The notes under the pieces: generated by a model
Databases searched by the model: none
Told to the model about the DNA's origin: nothing
Seen by the model: the letters and a program-made list of their open reading frames with translations, nothing else
Made by a program: the position numbers and the translations under genes
DNA from: a virus
Lineage: Duplodnaviria > Caudoviricetes
Reading direction: 5' to 3' (one strand)
DNA length: 64,000 bases
Virus record (IMG/VR): IMGVR_UViG_3300033074_001783
Coordinates: 1-64,000 of that record
In this document: positions 35,477 through 45,049 of the stretch, in pieces
Layout: every line of letters begins with the position of its first letter
How positions within the stretch are numbered: position 1 is the first letter of the stretch

Positions 35477-36265
35477 CTAGCCATTTACAAAATGGTCGTG
35501 GATCGCTTTCAACCAATCCGCAGATTGTGGATTTAGTTCAGCTTGAAGAAGATAACCAGATAGAACAGAAAGTAAAATACGAATTGCAGGATAAATGTTG
35601 GCAACCAAAACCATTTTATAAAACAAGCTTTCACACTTCGTTCGCGCGTTGTCCTTGTTGCCAAGATAATCTTGATCCCCAAGAAAAGTTTTGCTTGATT
35701 GGAATCCATGATCCCACAAAGTCTTGTAGATTGACAAAGAAACCACGTCAGTTGGAATCCATGAAACAGCTTTGTTGTTTACAGTTTTCAAAACAGAACA
35801 AGCTAAATTTATTGCATGTTCTAGTTGCACTGCTTTAAAATTGATTGCGATTGGTTTGAATAGTTCAAGTTTTTTATCTAGGTTTTGGGCGGCTCCAAGA
35901 GAAAAACTTGCAACAGTTGGAAACGTTAAAGACTCTTGCTGAAAAGCAACTGCTGTTTGTTTTCTGGCAAACTCTTGGTACTCGGTTAGAGCAGCTTTGG
36001 ACAAAGACACGAGATTGAAAGAGTCCAAATAGGATTGATCAAAAGATATTTTTTCTTTTGTTTTTGTTTCAACCGTTTGTTTTATTTCTTGAACCAACTC
36101 CAGTCTCACGCCAAGTCGGTCATAAAGATTGTTTACTTTGTTAGCAATCAATCTAGCATAGGTTGAAGATTGAAGTTCCGTGGGAGGTGCTTCCCCATAA
36201 TTCAAAACGCTGTAGATATCTTCTTGCAAAGTTTTGTGTACAAGTTTTTCAATGAGTTTTTGCAT
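35477..36265 (-). CDS. Putative virion protein
   Basis: Leader MQKLIEKLVHKTLQE. Confidence 0.6.
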   Translation of the reverse strand: MQKLIEKLVHKTLQEDIYSVLNYGEAPPTELQSSTYARLIANKVNNLYDRLGVRLELVQEIKQTVETKTKEKISFDQSYLDSFNLVSLSKAALTEYQEFARKQTAVAFQQESLTFPTVASFSLGAAQNLDKKLELFKPIAINFKAVQLEHAINLACSVLKTVNNKAVSWIPTDVVSLSIYKTLWDHGFQSSKTFLGDQDYLGNKDNARTKCESLFYKMVLVANIYPAIRILLSVLSGYLLQAELNPQSADWLKAIHDHFVNG

Positions 36266-36266
36266 T

Positions 36267-36980
36267 TCAGCCACCACCAAATTTTTCTGGATAAAATTGT
36301 TTGAGGACATTTAGCGTTGTCCCATGATCCAACAACACCACTCGTCCGTCTGCCGTTTTACCCCAATGTTTGATCACCATTACATCCAAAGGAGCAAAAC
36401 TTTCGTCTCCCGAATGAATGGCTTTCATGAATTCTTGAAACGCATTCCATTGTTGGAATTTTTTCATTTCTGCGAAGACTTGCTTAAACCTTTGACTCTT
36501 GGCGACCACCTGTTGAAAAGAAAGTTGATTCTGTACAGTTTCTATTACCACACTTTTCAAAACACCAAACATAAACCCAGAAACGTGTGCGAATTGGCTT
36601 TCATCTGTGAATTGACCAACCAACTCTTCTGTGATCCAAGAGCCATCTTCTGCTGTTTCAAATACTTTTGTTACCAAATTGGGATAAAGAGAAGCATGTT
36701 TTTGTTCTGTTTTGTTTTGTGCTATACCGGCCTGCAAATTATTCACTTTGGCCAGTTTCAAAACTTTGGTACTTGACAAAAGAAACACAACCCTTGAAGT
36801 TCCATCTTGTTCGTTTGAAATCATTTTAAGTGACTTCTTGGCATAGTCGTATTTCTCTTGTTGAGTTGGCAATGATTTAAAAATGTTCCATTGAAACGTT
36901 TCGGATCTTATCTTCTCTTTTAAAACTGATTGAAATTCTTCTTGGATAATGGTTTCAATCAAAAACTCAATCATTGACAT
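36267..36980 (-). CDS. Protein-kinase-like protein, probably virion-packaged
   Basis: GTSRVVF, KVLKLAK, QNKTE, D..HWG..VLLDHG; leader IEFLIETIIQEE; late promoter. Confidence 0.7.
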   Translation of the reverse strand: MSMIEFLIETIIQEEFQSVLKEKIRSETFQWNIFKSLPTQQEKYDYAKKSLKMISNEQDGTSRVVFLLSSTKVLKLAKVNNLQAGIAQNKTEQKHASLYPNLVTKVFETAEDGSWITEELVGQFTDESQFAHVSGFMFGVLKSVVIETVQNQLSFQQVVAKSQRFKQVFAEMKKFQQWNAFQEFMKAIHSGDESFAPLDVMVIKHWGKTADGRVVLLDHGTTLNVLKQFYPEKFGGG

Positions 36981-36997
36981 GTGGTTAAATAGTTCTT

Positions 36998-37675
36998 TCA
37001 GTCGTCGTAACTGAATCTATTGCCTTTACCAGATTCATCAGGTACAAAATGAACCGGCTTTTCTCCCAAGGCTGGTGAAGCCATATCATCTCCAAGCCGC
37101 TCTCTCATTTGCCTTACATCGCCAGTTGGCATGTGTTTGGAATTTTCTGGGAGTCCTCTTTGCTGTTCAAAGTCAATTTCAACACCCGTCTCTTTAGTGC
37201 CATCGTCTTTTGTTGGATTGTAAACTTTGGCTGGATCAAACTCTCCAACGCGGGCAAGTTTACCAATTAGTTTGTAAGCGCTTTCGTACTCCTCTAGCCC
37301 AAAAATATTGTTCATGTTCAAATAAGACACGACTTCAAACACCGCGTCCCCATAGGTAAAGTAATCTCCTTCATTCAGATTCAAACCTTTATCCAATAAA
37401 TCACGAGCTTGGACCAATATTTCTACTTTTGCAGTTGCCTCTCTTCCAAAAATGTTTTGTTTTGTTTCCCAATTTGGCTGTCCTGCCATAACGCTCAAAG
37501 CCACAGGGTTTTCAAACATTTTGTTAACAGCTTCGCCGTACACAGGATCAACCTTGGTGTGTTTGACAGAAATGGCATAATAAAAAATCCTTTGACCTAT
37601 CACGTCTTTTACCAACTCCTTCACCGTGTCGTTGATAAACTGTATTTCCTTTGTGCCTACGAATAATCTTCCCAT
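36998..37675 (-). CDS. Neck/head-closure protein (T4 gp14-like)
   Basis: IGQRIFYY, PVYGEA, EGDYFTYG; position in the head-tail joining region. Confidence 0.65.
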   Translation of the reverse strand: MGRLFVGTKEIQFINDTVKELVKDVIGQRIFYYAISVKHTKVDPVYGEAVNKMFENPVALSVMAGQPNWETKQNIFGREATAKVEILVQARDLLDKGLNLNEGDYFTYGDAVFEVVSYLNMNNIFGLEEYESAYKLIGKLARVGEFDPAKVYNPTKDDGTKETGVEIDFEQQRGLPENSKHMPTGDVRQMRERLGDDMASPALGEKPVHFVPDESGKGNRFSYDD

Positions 37676-38382
37676 TACAACACCTGTAGGATGGCTTGTG
37701 TCATAGTTTCAACATTTCCATCATTTATTTCATTAGAGGCGCACCATATTACTCTTCTTAGTTTAATTGTCCCAACTGAGATGATCTCTTTCTCTGATTC
37801 AGCGTAGTGCCTTAGTTCTGGTATTTCAGCAATGCCAGCAGGATTCAAAATGAATTTACCTTGGTTGTCTCCTGTTGCAGCAACAAGTAGACAGGCAAAT
37901 TTGCCTTGGTCTACATCCAAAAAACCGCCAGAGTTAAGTGCTTTGGCAAGGTTGACAAGCTTTTCTTTGTCTCCCCACAAAGTCCAAGAGGCATGGGGTC
38001 TTCCTTTGGGGGTAAAAGTGCCAGATTGGGATTGTTCTACATGTTCAAGCGAGAACATACTTTGTCCAGTTATTGTTGACATAACATTTTCATCAACACC
38101 AAACAAAAATCTATACGCGTAAGCATTTGGTGATTTTAAGATGTCTTGGTATTCCCCGCGATTAGCCAAAGCAGCCAAGGATGGGGCATTCATGCCCAAA
38201 GCATCCATATCCCCTATGTGATGTTGTTTTACAACATTGTAAAGGTTTTTTTCAGGTGCGGTATCAACTTCTGGTTTCTTTGGATCTGGTTTTCCTCTTT
38301 CTTGACCAAACAGCACTTGCCCATATGGTCCTTCTTGAAGAACCCCCATAACCATGTTTTCAATCAGTAAATTCAACTTCAT
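37675..38382 (-). CDS. Putative ADP-ribosyltransferase (R-S-E clade), probably virion-packaged
   Basis: AYRFL ... ASWT ... SEKEI; leader MKLNLLIENMVMGVLQE. Confidence 0.55.
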   Translation of the reverse strand: MKLNLLIENMVMGVLQEGPYGQVLFGQERGKPDPKKPEVDTAPEKNLYNVVKQHHIGDMDALGMNAPSLAALANRGEYQDILKSPNAYAYRFLFGVDENVMSTITGQSMFSLEHVEQSQSGTFTPKGRPHASWTLWGDKEKLVNLAKALNSGGFLDVDQGKFACLLVAATGDNQGKFILNPAGIAEIPELRHYAESEKEIISVGTIKLRRVIWCASNEINDGNVETMTQAILQVL

Positions 38383-38395
38383 TTCAAGTCTTTTC

Positions 38396-38421
38396 TTCTC
38401 TCCTATTGGTTAGGTTCCACT
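38396..38421 (-). repeat. 26-bp exact dispersed repeat, copy 2
   Basis: Reverse complement of 13102-13127. Confidence 0.9.
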
Positions 38422-38431
38422 GACACTCATG

Positions 38432-39322
38432 TCAGTTGTGATCAAGCATTTTGGTCCAACCTTTATATGACCATCTTTGACCTTCAATAACTTGCTGCAA
38501 CTTCCAAGCATCCAAGGCTTGTTCTTCTGAAAATGCTCTCAGGTTGTAAATATTGCGATACAATATACCTGCGGGAGATAACAGGTTCGCTTTTAAAAAC
38601 ATCTTTGATTTTGAAGTTGTTTTGCCGGTGTAATCCAACACTTGTTGGACGCTTGGAATTCTGGCTTCCAGTTTTCGTCTGCGAGTTGTTGCGGTTTTAC
38701 GGTGTGCCAATGGATCAGTACCACCAGTGAGCGTCTGTTTGATTTTTGCTCGCTCTTCTTCGGACATGGAAGCCCAACGACGTTTCCTACATTCTGACAT
38801 TGCCTGTTGGTGTTCTGGTGTTGCCCAAAGAGCCAGGAATTTTTCGCTGGCACGTTTTCGTGCCTCTTCTGTGCCTTGGGCGTCTTTTTGTGCCATAGAA
38901 CGTTTGTTTTTTTGAATTGGATCTGCCCAACTATCTTTGGCAGCTTTGGAACATTTTTGTTGGGTTTCTTCTGGTGTTGAAGAACGATAACCTTCTCTGC
39001 TGATAGCTTCTTTGCGCAAGTTATAACACCGCTGTTGGTTGTCATAATGTTGATCCAAGTAAAGCTGTTCTCGTGCCAAACGTTCTTCTTTGGTTCCTTC
39101 TGTAACTTCCAATATCTCAAACACAAACGCATCTGTTCCACATTTGTTGAAATCATTCAACAAGAAACGATTGCTGTGTTTGTTCATTTCCAATGATTTT
39201 GAATGTTGTTTCCAGCGAGTTTTAAATTCTTTGCAAGATCCAACGTAAATCCTGCCGTTGGTTGTATTGGTGAGTTTGTAGACGCCTGATTTGAGAGAGC
39301 TTCCATCGTAATTGAATTGCAT
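38432..39322 (-). CDS. GIY-YIG homing endonuclease
   Basis: SGVYKLTN..IYVGS, RWKQH, REQLYLD, YNL. Confidence 0.88.
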   Translation of the reverse strand: MQFNYDGSSLKSGVYKLTNTTNGRIYVGSCKEFKTRWKQHSKSLEMNKHSNRFLLNDFNKCGTDAFVFEILEVTEGTKEERLAREQLYLDQHYDNQQRCYNLRKEAISREGYRSSTPEETQQKCSKAAKDSWADPIQKNKRSMAQKDAQGTEEARKRASEKFLALWATPEHQQAMSECRKRRWASMSEEERAKIKQTLTGGTDPLAHRKTATTRRRKLEARIPSVQQVLDYTGKTTSKSKMFLKANLLSPAGILYRNIYNLRAFSEEQALDAWKLQQVIEGQRWSYKGWTKMLDHN

Positions 39323-39356
39323 GAAAAGAAGTATGTTATGAGAGGGGACGTTTGTC

Positions 39357-40628
39357 TTATCGCATTGATATGGCAATTTGAGGTGGCATTGGCACGTACG
39401 AAAGTTGCTTTACCATCTGTTCCGCTCGGCTGGCTTCTTGTTCTGCAAGTTTGTCATAAGTCAAACTTTCAAGTTTTTCTTTCAAACCTGTCATTAGTTT
39501 TTCTTTGTCTTCACGGGCTTGGCTTACGAGATCATCTCCGTTTAGTTGTATTTCTTTATCGCCAGCAGGAATACCTTTGAATTTACCTCTGATGTTGCCG
39601 AGTAATTCTTTGGATAGAGCCAAGGTATATTGCGCAATCCAATTCCTTGCCCAAGGATTTAATGATTTATAGTCAAGTGTTCCAAATGGTATGTTGGCAG
39701 GATTGGAAGCTCCATAAATTGAATCATCTGTAAAAGAAGATCCATGACCAGAAGCGGAACCCATTGTTCCACTTGCAACAAGAGTGTCTGCTAAAGATGG
39801 CAGAGCTTGTTGTTTGTAACCAACTCTTATCCAAAGTTTATCATTTACTCCTGAAATAATACTTGTTGGAATCGGAAAAACCCGAATGTTTCTACCTGAA
39901 ATTTTGTAGCTGTAATGAGACCTTCTAACTTTTTGGCTCATTTTCAGTTCGCCACCCCTTAAAATGTCTTCAAACACTGGCAACACCTGCAAATGAACCC
40001 CTGCGCCCGCCGCAGCAGAAGCACCCAAACCAACCAATTCTGAGTTTTGCATACCGGCCGTTACCTTACCAGAGAACAGGTAGTTGATGGGTGCAATCTG
40101 AAATACTTCGTAAATTTGCAGTTTCCCTTTTGAGCCCAAGGGTTGTAGATCATACAAAGCGTTACCGCTTCCATCTTTAAGGTCTGTGTAAAGGTTGTAA
40201 TCTTGTTGACCTTGCACCAAGGAAATAGAACCAGAATATGAGTCTTGCACCCCACCAAGACCAATGAATCCAGCATATGCTTCACTCATTCTGTCAAGGA
40301 ATTCAAGATTTTGACGAACGTACATGTTCGTCAAGTTCATGTTGGACGGGTTTAGAGGATTGGTAGTATCAATTGAACCAGTAGTAATTCCAAGCAAAGA
40401 AGCAAGATTGGATTTGGCTTGATATTCAATGATCTGCCCTTGAAACTCTCTTGTAGATGATTCAAAAAAGTTCCAGATGATCTTCTTGGTCAGTTCTACT
40501 CCAAGGATATCTTCTCCCAAAGAACGAAGAACGAATGTAACCATTCTGTCGGCATCAAACTGGAAGATTGGGTCACTGTCCCAAAAACCCCAAGATGTAG
40601 GTCTCAGCGTTTCATTAAAATTTGCCAT
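39357..40628 (-). CDS. Neck protein (T4 gp13-like)
   Basis: Start MANFN after CTAGTTA; LG..ILGVEL; WIAQYTLALSKELLGNIRGKF; LNGDDL. Confidence 0.75.
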   Translation of the reverse strand: MANFNETLRPTSWGFWDSDPIFQFDADRMVTFVLRSLGEDILGVELTKKIIWNFFESSTREFQGQIIEYQAKSNLASLLGITTGSIDTTNPLNPSNMNLTNMYVRQNLEFLDRMSEAYAGFIGLGGVQDSYSGSISLVQGQQDYNLYTDLKDGSGNALYDLQPLGSKGKLQIYEVFQIAPINYLFSGKVTAGMQNSELVGLGASAAAGAGVHLQVLPVFEDILRGGELKMSQKVRRSHYSYKISGRNIRVFPIPTSIISGVNDKLWIRVGYKQQALPSLADTLVASGTMGSASGHGSSFTDDSIYGASNPANIPFGTLDYKSLNPWARNWIAQYTLALSKELLGNIRGKFKGIPAGDKEIQLNGDDLVSQAREDKEKLMTGLKEKLESLTYDKLAEQEASRAEQMVKQLSYVPMPPQIAISMR

Positions 40629-40746
40629 GTCCGTAACTAGACCTCTGGCAGATAACCTTACGACACGTAGGAGAATGTGCAGATTGTTGAATTGTTTGAG
40701 AAGAAGAGATTGATTAAGAACTGCGCAAATGAATCTGAAGATTCTC

Positions 40747-41478
40747 TCAGAAAGAGCATAAATCCAACACTTTAACATCCACCCAACAGGTTTCTGGATG
40801 ATCAGCCGTGTCAACCTTGATGATGTCGTTTGGTTGAGAAGGATCAAGCACAACTTGAAACCTGTCACAAAGCACACCGACAACTCCTCCTGTTTGTTCA
40901 ATGAACGGCTCACCCTTGACAAACACAGGACGATACTGCCTTGTGTGTTCAAGAATTGTTCTTGTGTCATAGTTCACAGTGATCCTGTTTTCACTGAATC
41001 TCATGGTCCGTTTGTGAATGAGGTTACCCGCGTTGAAGATAACTTCCACCAACGTTTCATACCAATCTTGAACAGTTCCTTCAAATGAAAGTCCTGTTTT
41101 CTCAAAACCAGTTTCTACGTCAACAAACTTGCCGGGTGCTCTTGACCAGAAACGTGTGCCAAGGAAACCTTCGGGCTCTTGAACAGGAGTTGCTTCATCG
41201 GAGTAATCAAACCCTTTGATCTCACATGACTGCCAAGGTATGTTTTTGTATTCTTCATATCTAGCTTGTAGTTCTTTGTCCAAACGAATATCATCTTTGT
41301 TGTTGTTTGGTACATCAGGGCACGATTGCAAAGGTTGTTCTTTGCACTCAACTCGTTTGAAGTTCTCGTCATACGCAAACAGTCGGTCAGGTTCTTTGCT
41401 CCAAACTGGCGTTGGATAGAAACTGATGGTTTCGGATTTTCGCCAAGGCCCTTCAATTATTGTCATGCCACACAGCAT
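40747..41478 (-). CDS. Truncated major-capsid-protein paralog
   Basis: FWSRAPG, WYETL, IHKRT, TILEHT and G.L..R..V..DP align with the C-terminal half of the MCP at 43070-45013. Confidence 0.8.
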   Translation of the reverse strand: MLCGMTIIEGPWRKSETISFYPTPVWSKEPDRLFAYDENFKRVECKEQPLQSCPDVPNNNKDDIRLDKELQARYEEYKNIPWQSCEIKGFDYSDEATPVQEPEGFLGTRFWSRAPGKFVDVETGFEKTGLSFEGTVQDWYETLVEVIFNAGNLIHKRTMRFSENRITVNYDTRTILEHTRQYRPVFVKGEPFIEQTGGVVGVLCDRFQVVLDPSQPNDIIKVDTADHPETCWVDVKVLDLCSF

Positions 41479-41484
41479 AGTACA

Positions 41485-42285
41485 TCACCCGTTGTATTGA
41501 CTGACATATTTTGGTGGCACTTTCCCATAAATGATGACCGTGTTCGGATCTATACCCTCTTCAACATCAAAGTGCATGTCTTCTATTCCAAGAGTGTGAG
41601 CCAAAGACATTTTCATGTCATATTCCACAACATCTGGTTCTTGACTGACCCTTGGCATGTAACCATCTGTTTTCATGGCATTGGTATCAATCACAACAAT
41701 TCCGCCACTTCCACCATAGTTGTAGCTTTGAGCCACACTTTCTTCTGTTGTTGCAAACACTGCTGCACCAACACCTGTATTTGTCATGCCTCTTGTGTCA
41801 TTTTTCGGAAGAATTCCGACAGACAATACGCCTTGTAGGTCATTTGTTCCGTGTAACAAATTCACAGGTCTTTCCCAAAACTCTTTATTAAATTGCTCGT
41901 CTGGATCACTCAAAGTATATTCAGACTCATGTCCATACGAAATAACTTTGTCCAACCATTTAGCCGCTCCAATTCGTTCATAACCATCTTCACCTGATGG
42001 AACATAAAGGAAATGATTGATTTTTCTATAGTCATCTCCTTCCCAACTGGAGTAGATTGTCTCCTCTGGAAAATCAATTCTTTTGAAGTGAATATTTGGA
42101 TTTTTTGAATGTTCTAGTTGGCTTAGTTTTACAAGAGCTTCATAGGATGGTATTTCATCATAGTTGGCTACAAACCAATCATTCATGATGCCTTTGTAGG
42201 CTTGTTCCATTGGAATAACCATCACATCTTCTGGCAACTCAACGGCTTCAAACAGAAGATTTGTCAATAACGAACGTTTGGTCAT
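41485..42285 (-). CDS. Putative ADP-ribosyltransferase-fold protein (HGT..Y; Tpt1/PARP-like), probably virion-packaged
   Basis: LLHGT, GILP, VFATT, AQSY, VVID, VPPKYV; leader LLTNLLFE. Confidence 0.55.
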   Translation of the reverse strand: MTKRSLLTNLLFEAVELPEDVMVIPMEQAYKGIMNDWFVANYDEIPSYEALVKLSQLEHSKNPNIHFKRIDFPEETIYSSWEGDDYRKINHFLYVPSGEDGYERIGAAKWLDKVISYGHESEYTLSDPDEQFNKEFWERPVNLLHGTNDLQGVLSVGILPKNDTRGMTNTGVGAAVFATTEESVAQSYNYGGSGGIVVIDTNAMKTDGYMPRVSQEPDVVEYDMKMSLAHTLGIEDMHFDVEEGIDPNTVIIYGKVPPKYVSQYNG

Positions 42286-42293
42286 GATGAATG

Positions 42294-42956
42294 TTAACTA
42301 GCAAGTTTCCACCCACCACAAGATGTTTTGGTTTTGCCAGATACCATGAGGTGCATTGCTTTATAGTTGAATCCTCTCTCCATGCACCATTTACGAAGAC
42401 TGGATGACAGGACAACCTTTTCACCTGTTAAGTTGTTAATGAGGTTATAGGTGGGAAACTTTGTGTTGTTCCACCGTTTGTTGGCGTCTTCTGCTGCTTG
42501 TTCGCGGAGAGCAGGATCTTGCCACGCTTGTTTGTTTGCTTGACCAATTGCTGCTTTGTGTTGCTCGTCATGTGGTTGGCAGCGTTTGTCGGTGAGAGGA
42601 TTGCAAGGTTCATTTTGTTTCTTGCCTTTACGTGTATCGCAAACGTCTGGTCGTAAATTGTAACAGCGTGTTTGTTTATCGTACCAAAGGTTCAGATAAA
42701 ACTGTTCTCGTAAGAGTCTCTGTTTTGAATCTTGCACAACCTCAAGAATTTCAATGATGAAATCTTCCGGTTTACATTTATTGAAATCGTTTTGCAGAAA
42801 TGTGTTTGCATGTCGTTGTTTCAACAGCGAATCAAGATGTTGAGGAAATCGTTTCTTAAAACGGTAGGTTGAACCAATGTAAAACCTACCGTTGGTTGTG
42901 TTGGTAAGTTTGTAGACGCCACCCTCGTTGCCAAACGAAGCATAAATGAATTTCAT
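42294..42956 (-). CDS. GIY-YIG homing endonuclease
   Basis: GGVYKLTN..FYIGS, REQFYL; own leaderless promoter TTCACA-N17-TAAGAT-N6-ATG. Confidence 0.88.
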   Translation of the reverse strand: MKFIYASFGNEGGVYKLTNTTNGRFYIGSTYRFKKRFPQHLDSLLKQRHANTFLQNDFNKCKPEDFIIEILEVVQDSKQRLLREQFYLNLWYDKQTRCYNLRPDVCDTRKGKKQNEPCNPLTDKRCQPHDEQHKAAIGQANKQAWQDPALREQAAEDANKRWNNTKFPTYNLINNLTGEKVVLSSSLRKWCMERGFNYKAMHLMVSGKTKTSCGGWKLAS

Positions 42957-43004
42957 GTCTTCATCTTACAGCGCCAAGACCCCAATGTGAAGACCGAATG
43001 AGGC

Positions 43005-43048
43005 AGAAAATGAAGAAGGGAGAGGACTTTCGTCTCTCTCCCTTCTTT
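43005..43048 (-). terminator. Rho-independent terminator after the major capsid gene
   Basis: AAGAAGGGAGAGAGAC-GAAA-GTCCTCTCCCTTCTT followed by CATTTTCT. Confidence 0.75.
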
Positions 43049-43069
43049 TACTGACCTATGTCAAAGGCC

Positions 43070-45013
43070 CTATATGATGCCCATGTCAAGGATGGTGATT
43101 GTTGCGTAGAAGTCCGCACGAACCATCTTCTTGCCGTAGCGAGTCATCACACCCTTGCGAGGTGTAAAGTCCTCTTGGGCATAGATGACAGGGGTGAGGA
43201 TCAGAGGCACGTAAGGTGCGTAGATGTAACCTGTCTCAAGGAAGGTGTTACCCTTCAAACCGATGAGGATTTTGTTGGTTGGGAAGTAAGGATCCTTGTA
43301 AACCACATAGCGGTTGTTAAGAGTTCCTGTTGCTTCTGCACCGACTGTCATTCCTTCTTTTGTCTGACCATCAGCGTCAATCTTGTAATTGGCTCTGTAG
43401 GCTGTTGTGTGTTCAAGAATTGTACACACGTCAGGAGATGTGATCAGGAAGTTACCTGCTCCGCGCAATGTCTTCTTGTGGATGACGTTTGCAGCGTCGC
43501 TGATGGTCTCCAAAAGTGTCTGATACCACTGTTGAATGTCACCTGTGAATGCAGGGCCGGGTGAGAGTGTTCCCTGACGAGTTCCCTCTGTACCTGTCCA
43601 CTTGTTCACGAAACGACCGGGAGCTCTTGACCAGAAGTAGTTCGCAGCAGCCGCTTGGGTAAGCAAGTCGCTAAGAATCTCGCGGTCAATGTCCAAAGTA
43701 ACCATTTCGCTAAGGATGTTTGTCAGTTCTGCCTCAATGTCAATTGAGTAGAAGGCTGTCAAATCCTGTGCCATTTCAGGCGACCAGCGTGCTCTCAACT
43801 TGCGTGAAGTTGCTGTTACGGCCACTGATTCAATCTTGATGTCCACTTCAGGAATCTTGGGACTTGAGTCCAAAGCGAAGTCAGTTTCAAATGAAGGAAT
43901 CATCAGTGTGCTTCCGTCGTTGTTGACTGACAACGCATCTGAAATCACAGTTGAAGCTGTGAGAGCATGAGTTGTCGCATCACCAAGTGTAGGAGCGTTT
44001 CCTGTGTTGCTCAAGGCAACCAAGAACTGAACGTGTGATCCACCAAGAGCATCGGGTGTAAACAAACCTGTGATTGGGTTAAACGAACCACGCTTTGTCT
44101 TGGTACGGAGGTTCATCACCCCTGTGCCACCTTGATAGTTTGTACCCCAAGTTGTTGCACCACCGGGAGTTCCACCAAGACCAGTAATGGCGATTGCGTG
44201 GAGTGTCTCAAGGTCTGCACCAGCGATTTTGCTTGTGAGCTCTGAAGCTGACATGTGCACGAAGCAGAAGTCCAACACGTTGTTCGCAAGATCGTTTTCA
44301 ATTTGTGAATCAAAATCAGCGAAGCGTGCGTTATAGCCAACGAAATCTGCTGTGCTTTGCACTGTGGCGGTTGTTCCGGTTGTCCACACTGAACCTGATG
44401 ACCAGAAACCAACTGAGTCGGTTGGGGCAATCAAGTTAAGGGCTTGCTTGTGTACCTTTGTGAAGGTTGAACCACCAAGACCGTAGTGCCCACCTGTTGC
44501 CAATGAGCTTGAACGAATGTTCGCGCCTGTTGGAAGGTTGTACACTGACTGGCCACGAGTATATGTCTCATTGGCAGAACTTGTTGAAAGTGAAAGACCA
44601 GCGTCTCCACCAACGTTTGAACCATAAGTGTAGTCCAGATAGAAGAGCAGACCCGCAGGCAAGCTCATAGGCTGTACTGAAACCACTTCGTTCGCAATAA
44701 GGCCCGCGAAGACCTTACGCACGATTGGGAATGCGACGTTTGTGAAACCGGCAATTTGACCAGAAGAAGCCAGACCGGCTCCACCTGTTGAAATGCCGTT
44801 TGCCTCTTGAAGAACTTCACGAGCGCTTGGCCCGCGAAGAAGTTCTACCGCTTGGTTTTCAAGCAGTTTTGCCATCTTGTCTCGGTTGATTCCTGAAAGT
44901 CCTTGCAAAAGACCTGTTTCGGCCCACTTAGCCGTCATGCGGGCTGTGTCATGACCGAGCCCGCGTCGGCTCACGCCTTCCGCAAGTTGGTTTAGTGTGA
45001 ATTGTCTCGCCAT
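43070..45013 (-). CDS. gp23: Major capsid protein, T4 gp23-like
   Basis: LLENQ, VSVQPMSLPAGLLFYLD, RKLRARWSPEMAQDL, IDREIL, GYIYAPYVP, MTRYG. Confidence 0.95.
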   Translation of the reverse strand: MARQFTLNQLAEGVSRRGLGHDTARMTAKWAETGLLQGLSGINRDKMAKLLENQAVELLRGPSAREVLQEANGISTGGAGLASSGQIAGFTNVAFPIVRKVFAGLIANEVVSVQPMSLPAGLLFYLDYTYGSNVGGDAGLSLSTSSANETYTRGQSVYNLPTGANIRSSSLATGGHYGLGGSTFTKVHKQALNLIAPTDSVGFWSSGSVWTTGTTATVQSTADFVGYNARFADFDSQIENDLANNVLDFCFVHMSASELTSKIAGADLETLHAIAITGLGGTPGGATTWGTNYQGGTGVMNLRTKTKRGSFNPITGLFTPDALGGSHVQFLVALSNTGNAPTLGDATTHALTASTVISDALSVNNDGSTLMIPSFETDFALDSSPKIPEVDIKIESVAVTATSRKLRARWSPEMAQDLTAFYSIDIEAELTNILSEMVTLDIDREILSDLLTQAAAANYFWSRAPGRFVNKWTGTEGTRQGTLSPGPAFTGDIQQWYQTLLETISDAANVIHKKTLRGAGNFLITSPDVCTILEHTTAYRANYKIDADGQTKEGMTVGAEATGTLNNRYVVYKDPYFPTNKILIGLKGNTFLETGYIYAPYVPLILTPVIYAQEDFTPRKGVMTRYGKKMVRADFYATITILDMGII

Positions 45014-45049
45014 TTTAGTTGTGCTCCCTATATTTCTTCTTGTTTCTAA

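Noticed and set aside
39357-40970. 537-aa call for the neck protein
   Set aside because: The first 114 aa overlap the capsid-paralog gene; ATG 40628 follows a late-promoter motif.
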